The position numbers and the translations under genes were made by a program. Positions 51,398 through 63,766 of a stretch of 64,000 nucleotides of DNA are shown piece after piece. The DNA comes from Octopus vulgaris (taxonomy: Eukaryota), in assembly GCA_951406725.2 (NCBI GenBank), contig OX597830.1, positions 46,314,001 through 46,378,000 of the forward strand. Reading direction: 5' to 3'. The notes below the pieces were generated by a model. It was not told the DNA's origin. It searched no databases and saw only the letters and a program-made list of their open reading frames with translations. Position 1 is the stretch's first letter. Each line of letters opens with the position of its first letter.

Positions 51398-52939
51398 GAA
51401 TTGTTAAGTAGAGTAGTGAGGAATAGGTGAATATGCCATAGTTTTCAGATGATAACATCTCTAAGAGTGCTGCTGTGATGAAACAAGACAGCGGCGTTTG
51501 GTTCCAGTATTTCACTTGCCAAACTACGTAAACATAGAGAAACCTGGCTGCAGCAAAGATAACAGACTAGAATTAAAGCATTTGCCACTACAAGAAGAGA
51601 AAGGGAATTAGGCAAAGGTATGAGTGTCAGTTCTAATCTACGAAGGAAAATTAATTAAAAAGAAGAGAATAAAACACTTCAAATATATTCGTGCAATAAC
51701 AGTAAAACCAGGAAGAAATGAGTAGTAATTTATTTTAATTGGAATTCATTCATTAGGAAGCAACTGAAAATGTCAGAGTTCTTTGAATATTGGAGAGAAT
51801 TGTGAGACTTGTGTCACTGAAGACTGGGTTTTTGGATTCAATTGACCTAGATTCTTGGAGAATTGTTGTTTAATTACCACTGTATTCCCCTTATCTTTGT
51901 TGGATAAAAACAGAATTTATCTTTCTAAGCAGAATATAAAGCCATTACATTTGAGAGGGTCTGACTGGGGGGTTCTTAAATGTTTTCTAGAACTAGGCAC
52001 AGACTCAAAGCCTGGTCCTTTAAAGGAGGATTAATTAGGGAAATATTGGTTTCGAGTTTCAGCACAAGGCCAGCAATTTCAAGGGAGAGGGTACATTGAT
52101 TATATGAACCCCAATACTCAACTGGTACTTACTCTATTGACCCCAAAAAGAATGAAAGAGAAAGTTGACCGTGGCAGAATTCAAAATCAGAACAAAAAGG
52201 CGGCAGAGCATCTCGCCCCTTGTGCTAATGGTTCTATCTAATTTGGGAAATATTTAGGTAGATTCCTTTCAAGGCTATTAGCAGTATAAGTGAAGTGAAA
52301 TGGTTTCAAGAAGGAATTGAGATTACAAGTGAAACTGCAATGAAGCTCTCCTTTTATTTTAAGCCTCTAGCTATAAGTGCTTCATATGGATTAATAAATA
52401 CTTGAGTTGGGTTCATATTACTAGAAAATAAAAGTCTATTAGTCAGTCTAAACAGGATAGGCAATGTAAATATGTAATTTAGGCCCTTCTAAGCTGGTGG
52501 ATGGAAATAACTGAGTTATCTTAATGTTTTTGTGGCTAATTTTTATTCAATGAACTGTGAAGAATAACCTTTCCAGCTATTTAGTAGTAAAAGAAAATTT
52601 CAATGGATTAATCTACAGTTCACTACAAGAATTTTTTTTTTCCAAGGGAAACATGTTTTCTATTGGTTTTGATTTTGGTGGAGTAGAAGTGAAAGCTGGT
52701 ATTTGTCAGCCAGGCAGACTAGGGTGAGCAGAGTGATATCCCTTCCTCAGTGATAACACAATGGCTAGAGTTGTTTTAGTCCCAGATTAACTCTGATCAA
52801 AGGTATTTCAGTTGTGACAATCTCATCTTTTCTTCAGACAGCGTATCTAGGACTACATTATTGTATAGAAAGGATCCTGGTGCATTGTTTTGCCTGGAGC
52901 AGGGATAAAAATAATATTCATAAGATGACTCTACTTATG

Positions 52940-53331
52940 CTTTCTACTCTAGGCACAAGGCCCGAAATTTTGGGGGAGGGAGCCAGTCGATTACATCGAT
53001 CTCAGTGCATAACTGGTACTTAATTTATCAACCCCGAAAGGATGAAAGATGAAGTTAACCTCGGCAGAATTTGAACTCAGAACGTAAAGACAGACGAAAT
53101 ACCTATTTCTTTACAACCCACAAGGGGCTAAACACAGAAAGGACAAACAAGGACAAACGGATTAAGTCGATTATATCGACCCCAGTGCATAACTGGTACT
53201 TATTTAATCGACCCTGAAAGGATGAAAGGCAAAGTCGACCTCGGCGGAATTTGAACTCAGAACGTAGCAGCGGACGAAATACCACAAAGCATTTCGCCCG
53301 GCGTGCTAACGTTTCTGCTAGCTCGCCGCCT
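52940..53331 (-). mobile_element. Dimeric SINE family B with 14-bp TSD
   Basis: Head GGCGGCGAGCTAGCAGAAACG, B box GAGTTCAAATTCC and a duplicated core. TSD TGACTCTACTTATG at 52926-52939 and 53332-53345. Confidence 0.9.
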
Positions 53332-54078
53332 TGACTCTACTTATGGCTGGAGTCTATGAGATCAAATAATCCAACACCTTAGCATGACAATTGTTGGTAT
53401 TACTCTATTCTTGGTTGGAATCTAGAAGGAGTAAGCTTTGTGATCCTATATATTGCTGCCAAATTAGTCTCATAGCCTTATAGCGAACCATCACAAAAGA
53501 GTGAGATCCAGGAACTTGGACTCGGCAAAACATTTGTCAACTTAAAAAAGCTTACTGCTGGCTTACAGAAGTGAACTGAACCATTCTTACAGAGCCTACT
53601 TTAAGCTTAGTCACCCCAGTAGTTGAGACCTATTTTGACCATGGACGCATCTATAATGCAGATTGTCTGCTCGCCTTTCTAGTATTGACCGTCTACACAG
53701 CTACACCCTTGTAGGCAGACAAAAAAAATTAATACTAATAATGAGAACCGGATGGAGAATGAGATATCATAATGGTCATACCTTCTTTGCTATTAACAGT
53801 GTAACTAGAGTGTAAATAGCCCTAACTTCAGTTGTGAACTCTGCTGGCTAACTTATTCAAGTCCAACTATAACAAATCCATGAAAACAAAATCAAACACA
53901 TGCACTTATCTATGACCAAAACCAAGCAGTGGATCACCCAAAGGACATGTCCAATGTAACTGGATTCGCACGTTTTCACTCACAAACAAGTTGGTCAGGC
54001 TTCCAATACACTGCAAATGCTGAAAGTTGTAAGAGTTACTCAACAACTGCATATATATATATGTGTGTGTGTGTGAGA

Positions 54079-54437
54079 GTATGGCAAGAAACTTGCTCCC
54101 CAGCCACATGGTTCCAGGTTCAGTCCCACTGTGTGGCACCTTGGGCAAGTGGTTTCTACTATAGCCTTGGGCCATCCAAAGCTTTGTGAGTGGATTTGGT
54201 AGATGGAAACTGAAAGAAGCCTGTCATATATGTATGTGTGTGTGTGTTTGTATGTTTGTCCTCCACCAAGCTTGACAACCGATGTTGGAGTGTTTACATC
54301 CCTGTTACTTAGCGGTTCGATAGAATAAGTACTAGGTTTACAAAGACCAAGTCTTGGGGGTCGATTTCTTCGACTAAAAAAAACTCTGTAAGGCAGTGCT
54401 CCAGCATGGCTGCAGTCAAATGACTGAAACAAGTAAA

Positions 54438-54440
<3 letters not shown>
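54079..54440 (+). mobile_element. SINE family A
   Basis: Near-complete copy with many CpG>TpG/CpA changes. Confidence 0.85.
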
Positions 54441-54492
<52 letters not shown>

Positions 54493-54848
54493 GGCGTGGT
54501 AAGAAGTTTACTTCCCAACCACATGGTTCCAGGTTCGGTCCCACAGCATGGCACCTTCGGCAAGTAGCTTCTACTATAGCCTCGGACCGACCGAAGCCTT
54601 GTGAGTGGATTTGGTAGAAGGAAACTGAAAGAAGCCCATCATATATATATATGTTTGTGTGTCTGTGTTTGTGCCTCTACCATCGCTTCATGTTGGTGTG
54701 TTTACGTCACCGTAACTTAGCGGTTCAGCAAAAGTGACCGATAGAATAAGTACTAGGCTTACAAAGAATAAGTTCTCGGGTCGATTTGTTCGACTAACGG
54801 CAGTGCTCCAGCATGGTCGCAGTCAAAATGACTGAAACAATTAGAAGA
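54493..54848 (+). mobile_element. SINE family A (tandem neighbour across a (TA)n tract)
   Basis: Near-complete copy retaining more CpGs. Confidence 0.85.
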
Positions 54849-55239
54849 AAATACGTATATATAATGTTATCGTTGGTTATGGCCGGTCGGAAAGTTACCA
54901 TTGGTTTCGCGCCTATTATTTTTCTTAGCAATATCGGCGATTCCTCTCACACCTGTAGGTTGTTGAGTAACTTACATCTTTGTTTCAGCACACTTTTGGC
55001 ACATAAGAAGCTTGGTCAACTGCTTGGGAACGGAAACCTATAAATCTAGCACATTGGACATGTATATCTATTGAGATATCTAGTGTCTGGTATCGTCCAT
55101 GCACAAGTGTTGGTACAAGCAATGTTTGTTTATATAGTTTTAAATGAGGCGTGGTGTCCAAAAACCTGTTCGCGGGGTGGGGGCTTTTCTAAAAGTGTAA
55201 GATGGTGTGATAGTTGTTGGTAGACACTGAACAAGTTGA

Positions 55240-55620
55240 ACGACTCCGTCGATATTCCTCCACGAGCTGGTTGCCGAGCAAGTTGCTTCTACATAAATAG
55301 AAAACTGACCTATATCTCTTAAAAGGAAAATTCACAAACAAATAATGAATTCCTTACAAAAGGCTTTAAACCTGAAATTTGTAAATGAGAAATTGTAGGC
55401 GGTTGGGCAGTGACCGTCCGTCTCTTTCCGCGGGTAACTACGTCATTTGTTAAACTATTTCCAGCGCGGAATTGAAACCAGATTGTAAAACCCATTCGCC
55501 GAAAACACAGGTAAATAAATAAATAGATAAATAAAGGATAAACAAACATCGTCTGACAAAAGCGTGAACTTTTGGGACGTTCACGCCAAATGCATGATTT
55601 GACGTGGCTTATGTATTTAT
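55240..55620. promoter_or_regulatory. Candidate promoter / first-exon region at the edge of the CpG-retaining domain
   Basis: CpG-dense unique sequence with CRE half-sites TGACGT on both strands (about 55440 and 55600). Donor-like AG|GTCAGT (minus, 55310) and CAG|GTAAAT (plus, 55510). Confidence 0.3.
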
Positions 55621-56752
55621 TTTATTAGACACGATACTAATTTTAATCAATATATTACTGGTGTTTATTTCATCGAACCTGAAGGAAAAATAGACACGGC
55701 AGGAATGAAATACATTATAAATTATTTTGTCCGGTGGTTTTTATTTCTCATCCATCTAACAGAAATGTTCAGATTTACAGTGTGTATGCAAGGAGATGTT
55801 GTAACATTCACACTTTTCTCAAAGAAAATATCGCCATGTGAAGAGAGATTGATGACGAAATTGTAAAGTGCGTCATGGTCTCGGTTGACCGGGAATTAAC
55901 CTCTGTGGTGCATACACACATGAGATTATTTGTTTTATTTATTGCCTTTACCCCACAAAACAAATATTCTATATTTTAATCGGAAAGCAAATGGAAAATT
56001 TTATCGTTGCCGACCTGCAACAGCGATTCAAAACAAGAGAACTGATTTCGATCTAAAATCGAAACAGCCCTAAGGGTTGTTGTTTAGCCCTAGGACAATC
56101 GGACAAAGGTGTTCAGATCTTTACCATTCTGTTTGTTTATGCAGATAGGACTACACTGTACAGTGTTTTTTTTCCTTATATTTTAAATTAGTATAGTGTA
56201 ATTTGAGAATGATTTGACAGCTACTTCTAGCAGACCGACCGACTGTGTGAGAGCTTATCATTTGTCCTACGGTTCTCACCACACACATAAAAAACCCTGG
56301 AATTCGATCAGCATAATGTTTCAGGTTTATTATTATTAATTATTGTTATTATTATAAAGAAGAAATGGAGACGACGGGACGTTCATGACATTCTCGAACT
56401 ACATACAAACTATGGAAAGAGGAAAATAAAAAAACACAAACAGCTCAGCATTTTGGGGAAAATAAAAATAGACACAGCTGACCAACCAGTTTAATATAAA
56501 CAGATAAATATCTGAGTTTTGGTAGGTTGGAAAATTAGATAAACCGATTCAGGTGAAATGATATCGAAAGGAAATAAATCTAATTTAACGAAAAGCCGGA
56601 CGAGGTTTGGTGTGTATATTAACTCACATTGGCATTCTTTCGAATATCTATATCGAAAGAATGCCCTCAGATTTGTTAATCTAATGTAAATATATACAAA
56701 AACACATACGGGTGAAACACTCCCATATATATATACACATTTGCAGTCATGT

Positions 56753-56794
<42 letters not shown>

Positions 56795-59374
56795 GCGCGC
56801 GCAAACCGAATCGCATTTAAAATCGAGGATAAAAAATAAATTACAGCCCATGATTTTCTATGAAGGTATAAAACCTGAAATTTTCAGGGTGTGGGAATTG
56901 GGTTTAGCGATGTTAATTCTTTTTTTCTTCCCCCGAAGACTTCAAACGGCGCAAATCAATGACACATGCCGTCTCAGATTATTTTAAAAGGAGTGAAGAT
57001 GAGATTCGCTGGTGATGATGAGGTTTTCTTATCCAGGAAGGGGGTGGAGTCGATGACTAGGTTCTGTTTTTAAGAAAAGCACAAGAATGAAAGACTCTAG
57101 AGAGGGATTTGATGACAATAACAGAGGAAAGATTTAAGAAGTATGTTGTTGAAGGTAACGAGTAGAACAGGATTTGGTTGATTAAAACAACGAGACAATT
57201 ACTTTATATACAAGAAGCACTGACCAAATAAAAATTGATAAATTTTAATTGCTTTAAGAATGAAAATAACAATAATAATGTCACAATTGGTATTAAACTA
57301 AAAAGAAAATAACACTGAAAGTCGGGGGTCAGAAGTCAAACAGCATAGCATATAAATATAGGGAAGAGACGGAAGATAAGTGAAAATATATATATATATA
57401 GGCATATATAAATATAGATTTATAAGCTTACCTATTTTCCATAACAAATCGCTGTGGTCGAAGATAAGGAAACACACCTTAAACTGAGGGGTTTCCAGCT
57501 TTCCGGCTTCCCAGATTGGTTTTTAAATATGCCTGCTTAAATAAATCCTTTCGAACGAAGCGCTTTGTCATTTGAATGAGCTTACGAACTCAGTTAAAAG
57601 GGTGGCCCGAGGCACCCTTTTAACGAATGCACATGGATAAGTGATGATGTATAAATAGGTATATACATATATAAATGTATTTGTGTGTGTATATATATAA
57701 ATATATACACCTTGTATGTCACGAAAGAAGGGAAAATGAGGGTTTGTTTAGGCAGTTACATGGGAATTAATAATCACAAGTTTATCAGTATAACTGATAA
57801 TAATGGTTTGTTGTTGGCGATAATACAGCGATGTTTGAAATGAGTGATAGTGGAAAAGAAAGAGGAGAGAGAGAGCGAGAACAATGTGAGAGAAATAGAA
57901 TAGAGAGAAGGAGAAATAGTGATTGAATGAGAGAGAAAGGATGACTGGACGGGTGAGAGAGAGAGAGAGATGGAAGGAATACGTGAGTGTATTACTGTTG
58001 TTATTATTATTACAATATTCTGAAAGGTGTAGTAGTGGCTCACTGTCAATGTCAGCAGTCTTTTTCCCTCATTCCTTCTCTCATTTTTCTCTTTCAACAC
58101 TGTAGAAACAAATTTCATACACACACTCCTTCCCTCTTTCTCTTTTATTTTGATATTCTCTTTCTCTTTCTTCTCTCACCTCCCCCCACACATCATCCCA
58201 CGCTGTCTTTCTCCCATCCTCCCCTCTTTCTCTCTCACCATAAACATTTAATACCTTTTTTCCTTTCTTTTTTCACTCATTCATTATCACGTCATTTCAA
58301 GTTTTCCATCCCTTTCATATCACGTTTCCCATTTCCCTTTCTCTCTCTGACCCCTATTTTTCTTAACACGCTTATTTTATTCAAGTCAGAAAATGGATTG
58401 TAGGATTAGAACATGGGACAAAAATGCCTTGCGGTAGTTATTTCTGCTTTTTACTTTCTGAGTTTAAATCCCACCAAGATTAATAAAATAAAGTAACGGT
58501 ACCGGATAATGGCTTGACAGAACTGTAAGAGTTTTGGACAAGACGCTTTCCACTATTTTATATTCTTAGTGTTCGGGCAGCCGTAGTGAAAATCGAGAAA
58601 GAACTCAACAGATGATTACCTTTACATTTTACCACAATCTTACGTCAAGCACATGGTTCTTGTCGAAAAAATCCACCTAATGATGCCGTTCCTCATATTT
58701 TTTTTTTTTTTATCGTAGCATTTTTTCGAATTTCGTTTATTCTTCCTCACTCTTTTAACTTGTTGAGCCTAGAAGCAGGGGCACGAGCAATGACCTTTTG
58801 TCCAACACCTGTCTTACTAAGATCTCTTTTACTTCTCCATCATTTCTTATTCCTTTCTAACATCTCACCTTCTCTCTCTCTCTCTTTCGGTGATTCTCTA
58901 TCTCGCTCTCTTTTTTACTGCCAATATTTGCGCTTTCTTAAAAGTTGCTTTATCTGGTTACACCTACCTCTCCTTACACTGTATTACTTTCAAACGAACC
59001 TTATTTATTTTACTCATCCATCTCCCCATATAATTCTCACTCATCCACTTACGTTTTTTCCTTCTCGTTCTTGTTTCTTTTGTCACTCACGTTCTTTACC
59101 TTTCGTATTTGTTATATATTTTTCACACACACACACACACACACACGCTAATACCTTCTGCTACGATTCAAACCTTTTCTCCCCATATCTCCTTCAATCT
59201 TTATAGATTCCCTTCCTACCTGTGCTTTCTAACCTTTTCTCCCGCATTCTGCTGATCCCTGTTTATCGTTCCTTTACTCTTACCTTCAGCTATACCCTAT
59301 TTGTCTTTCATTTCACTATTTATGCTTGTTTTTATATTGTTTTTTTCTCTCTTAATCCTGCTCTACCTCGCAAT

Positions 59375-59492
59375 TTCTATCTGTCTATCTATGTATGTGT
59401 GTATCTATCTGTCTGTCTATCTATCTCTCTGTGTGTCTATCTATTTATCTGTCTATGTATCTATCTATCTATCTGTCTGTCTATCTATCTAT
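59375..59492. repeat. (TCTA/TCTG)n tetranucleotide microsatellite
   Basis: Seen directly. Confidence 0.9.
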
Positions 59493-59729
59493 CTTGTCCT
59501 GTCTGTGTGCAGCCCTGTGTGGCTAATAAAGAAACATACCTATCTAAATACGCACAAACACACTCCCACGTGTTTATTAATATATTTTTTAATATCCTAC
59601 AGTTTCTTTTGTATGTATTTATCTCTCAGTCTCCTTCCCAAATAGTCTCTATTGTGTACTTTTGCCTGCCTTCTCCCCCTCTATATATATAATCTCCTTC
59701 ATCACTCAATCACCATATATCCCATAATA

Positions 59730-59731
<2 letters not shown>

Positions 59732-59780
<49 letters not shown>
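59732..59780. repeat. (CT)n microsatellite within a long pyrimidine-biased tract (about 58070-59800)
   Basis: Seen directly. Confidence 0.9.
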
Positions 59781-59787
<7 letters not shown>

Positions 59788-60387
59788 TTTCAGCCTTTCC
59801 TTCCTTTCAAAGATATTTTAAATGGCAAGCAGTCAGCTGATTCATGAAAGAGAAGTGACCGAGCCAAACATTACACCGGTTTAACAAGCTCGAACATGAC
59901 AGGACTTATCTCTCTTGCTTCTTCTATAGGTCTTGTAGAGAGAACTGAAGTATCATCACAGGGAGATTTTGTTTCCTAATCACATAGATAATCTCATTTC
60001 TCCTTTGACAATATTACATATAGGATACTCTATCGTGTTTGTACTTAGTACGAAGAATGCTTCAGTAAAATATTTCTCTCTCCGTCGTTCTGTTGATTTT
60101 CATAATCAGTGTTACTAAGATCTATCTGTTTCAATATATATTGATTCGTCGCTGATTATGACTTTTGTTGCTGAAGAAGTGTAATAAGGCCGAAACGCAC
60201 TCGATATTTTCCATTAACTTTAAAGCCAAGATTCCAATCTTGTCATGATCGTCTTTAATTCTCAAAGAATTCAATTAGCTTATTTTATGGTAGTTAATTC
60301 CAGTTTGTTTTTAGATTTGAAATATCGGTAGTTTTTGTCTTTTCATTGTATGAATCTATTCCAGTTAATCGAAGTTTCTCATATCCC

Positions 60388-60685
60388 TAAAGAAAGGGGC
60401 CACTTTGCCGTGTGATCTACAATTTAAAGGGGGATTACTTTAGATAACTTTTTAGTTTACTTTGTGTTAGTGCTACTTTCCATCTAATCTACGTGGGCAA
60501 ATTTACTTTGGCGGGTGATCTACATGCTTGTTTTAATTATTATATGGTTTTCATATGATCAGAATAGTACAAAAATTTGAAAAAAATACATTTACAATGC
60601 TAAGCATGTGCAAAATAACTCAAAACGTAACCTAGAGTAATCTCCCTTGTAAATCCCATGCCAAAGTAGCACCCATTTCCTCTAT
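60388..60685. mobile_element. Old MITE with about 70-bp imperfect TIRs
   Basis: The left end GGGCCACTTTGCCGTGTGATCTACAA..GGGGGATTACTTTAGATAAC matches the reverse complement of the right end GGGTGCTACTTTGGCATGGGATTTACAAGGGAGATTACTCTAGGTTAC. Confidence 0.55.
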
Positions 60686-60795
60686 ATTATACCACGAGGC
60701 TATTCTTATCGATAAAAATAAAATATGTGAATTCAGCAGCAGCTATGGGATGCCGTTAGTATGGTTAGGGTTGGCAATGAGTATAGTGAAGAATT

Positions 60796-61600
60796 CCTTC
60801 GAGGTGTGCTGCTTACACTCCATTTACTTCAGTCTTTGTCTTGGTCGATGAATTTAACTCTAAAAGTAAAAGTAAACAATATTCTTAAATCATTACAGAC
60901 ATTTAAAAATATCTCAAAGTTTGTAGTCAGGCAATAAATTTAGTAATTCTATAGGTTTCAGTGATTTTGTGTTAAGAGTAAATTTTGCATTTCTGGTTCA
61001 AAAATCTACATCTTTATATTCCATAAGATATTGGTGTACTAACTCCTCATACACAATGTTTTTTTCTTTTTCTTTTTCATTTTTTTCTTTTCCTAGGTTA
61101 TTTTAAGACTTTTCTTCAGCCAACTGCCATGTGGCATTAAAACGCACAGTTAATCCTGCAGCAACATTAATAATCAAAACATTTAAAACATGGCTTTTTT
61201 TAAAACAAAGGTCTCGTCTAGTGAATCGTAAGCGTCAGTTATTTCTGCCAGAACGCTATCAGATGTTACCTCATCATGCATTCTTTTCTGCTTTTGACTC
61301 ACGCCTACATCCCCAGGGGGTGGAGGGAGGTTTAATATCATCTCAGGATGTGTTCTTCCTCTTTAACTTCATTCCAGATGCTTTGTAATCTGTTTTGTTA
61401 ACTTCAAATTTTCAAGGTTAGCTATTTCTACATCCAGTGTAGCATCTCCAGCTAGAAATGACTTGGACCAAAATATTAGCGTCAGCCAACACAGAATAAC
61501 AAAAACCTACACAAACACATAAACAAAACCTTCGAGGTATACTGCTTAAACTCCGTTTACTTCAGTCTTTGTCTTGGTCGATGAATTTAACTCTAAAAGT
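60796..61600 (+). repeat. 72-bp direct repeat pair (60796-60867 and 61529-61600)
   Basis: 68/72 identical by manual alignment. Confidence 0.85.
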
Positions 61601-62334
61601 TCTTGTAATGCTAAAGGAATACCGGGGAAGTAAAATCCAAAAGGTTTGATATTTTCCAGTCTATCAAATCACCTGCTGGATTTAGTCTTTCTCAGTCGCA
61701 AAATGAACTCCCCCCGGCCACGCCTACCACTACTTAATTTTGCTCAGATTACTTTCAATTTTGGTGTATCGATACAACTATGAATTTTGATTACGATCAA
61801 CCAATTACTTTATCTCGTAAGTTAAAGAATCTGATGTTATTTGACATTAAAGTTAGGAAATTTGGGTAATTTTAGCCAATCAACAGACAGCGTGGCATTG
61901 GCAGCTTGTTACCATGACTGTGTTGTGGCCCACTGTTGTCTGTGCCGCCGTTGTCTATGTTAGATCCCACCTGCTTTCTGACAGGTTATCTAGAACCAAA
62001 TCCTTCAAACATTTTCCACGATTCAGATTTCAAATATTACCGTGAAGTTAAGAAAGAACCATTAAACTTGGTAAGTTAGATAACTGAAATAGGTTTGGGC
62101 CATTATTGGTTCGACCCATGTCTAATTTAACAGCCCCCACTTGAAATAATCTTTTGAATAGTTTTAAGACATCATAGTCCACTCAAGTAGGGAGCTGCTG
62201 TTTACTGAGATGCATCCAGCCATCAGTGATTTGTCTGATTGTCTTGGAGGAATCGAAAGAACAGTTATGTACACATCTTTTATTTTCCTTTACTAAAAAT
62301 AAATTACCCAAGCTATACTATTTGATAAGAGCTG

Positions 62335-62700
62335 CACAGCGTGGCTTTGTGCTAAGAAGTTTGTTTCCCAATCACATGGTTCCAGGTTCAGTCCCACAGC
62401 ATAGCATCTTGGGCCAAATATTTTCTACTATCGCCTTGTGAGTGGATTTAGTAGATGGAAACTGAAAGAAGCCCATTGTATATAATGTATGTGTGCTCCA
62501 CCACCGATTCACAATCGGGGGGGGGGGGGTATTTACGTCCCCGTAACTTAGTGTCGGCAAAAGAGACCAATAGAACATGTACCAGGCTTTTAAAAAAACA
62601 TAAGTCCTGGGGTGGATTTGTTCAACTAAAATTCTTGAAGGTGGTGCCCCAGCATGGCCGCAGCCTAATAACTGAAACAAATAAAGGATAAGATAAAGTA
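62335..62700 (+). mobile_element. SINE family A, diverged
   Basis: CACATGGTTCCAGGTTCAGTCCCAC ... GGAAACTGAAAGAAGCCC ... CCAGCATGGCCGCAG..ACTGAAACAAATAAA. Confidence 0.8.
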
Positions 62701-63766
62701 TAACAGATTGATCACAGAATTCTTTTAGAAAATCAAATAACATGGGTCTGCAGATTTCTTGATTTGGATTATTTTGCACTTGTCTTATCAAAATATCCGC
62801 CACGACAATGAAGACAATGCAACTCTCATCGATTGGTTCAACCTGTAAAGTCGACATTTTGTTCTGCTTTATAATATAAGTCATTCACTGAGAACCTTTT
62901 CTTGCAGGGGGCATAACGGCAAAGTTTAACATCATGATGCATCGGATATATGAATGAATGAATGAAGAACATTATTAGCCTAATAAGATGGTCATTTATT
63001 AATATGATTATTATGTTTGTCGTTACAATATAGAAACTTTTTGTAGTTGTTTGTGAACACAAGTTATCTGAAGATCCCCAGTTCATTGTGTGTGGTAAGC
63101 TTCATCTTTGAGTTACTACTAAAAAGAGACAGAGTAATAAAAATCTAGCTACATAGAAAGGGTGATAGATCTACCCTCACGCGTTGACCAGCATACTGAG
63201 ACAGTTGTGCTCTTCGGCTCGATGCTGAGTGACCAAAGATATAGACTGATATTTGGCTGTGTATTTATATTCTTCATAACTAAATTAGGTCAAGATGAAG
63301 AAAGGATTTCTCCTTTCTAATCATCTTTGACGCTCGAGAAAGATCATGAGGTCAGATTATTCTCATAAATTTCCTAGTGCAACAGGCTAAAACAATAGGC
63401 TGATGACTCATAGAAATATGTGGATTCGATTTTGAATCCTGGCTCAGAAATTTGGTAGTTGTTTGGTTGAGGAGTATCTATTAGGAAATTGAATCAGAAT
63501 CTTCAAACTTTCAACAGCCAGCCCTATTTTTTTGTCTTTTTATTTTTTTTCAAATGCCTCGTTAAATAGCCTAATCCAAAATTTATTTGCATTTCATATC
63601 AAGTTTTGATTTTGCACAAGAAAATTAAATCTTTGCAACACTGAGAATGTCCAGAGTATCCATAGCAACCTCAAATGAATTTAACACCTAACTTAATTTT
63701 TCTAATGATTGGCACACATGAAATGAAATAACAGGTTACAACAAAGATGTGTGAGAGACTTCATGG

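Noticed and set aside
51171-51515. Poly-Pro/Thr ORF resembling a formin FH1 or extensin
   Set aside because: It is the reverse strand of a (GGT)n microsatellite, with no supporting splice sites or flanking domain.
57593-57624. Histone 3' stem-loop or rho-independent terminator
   Set aside because: It does not match the histone stem-loop consensus, there is no histone ORF upstream, and bacterial terminators are irrelevant here. It is kept only as an unexplained hairpin.
60171-60200. CTGAAGA...GAAAC hammerhead-like motif
   Set aside because: Stem II (AGTGTAATAAGGCC) does not pair and no stem I is evident. At best it is a heavily decayed relic.
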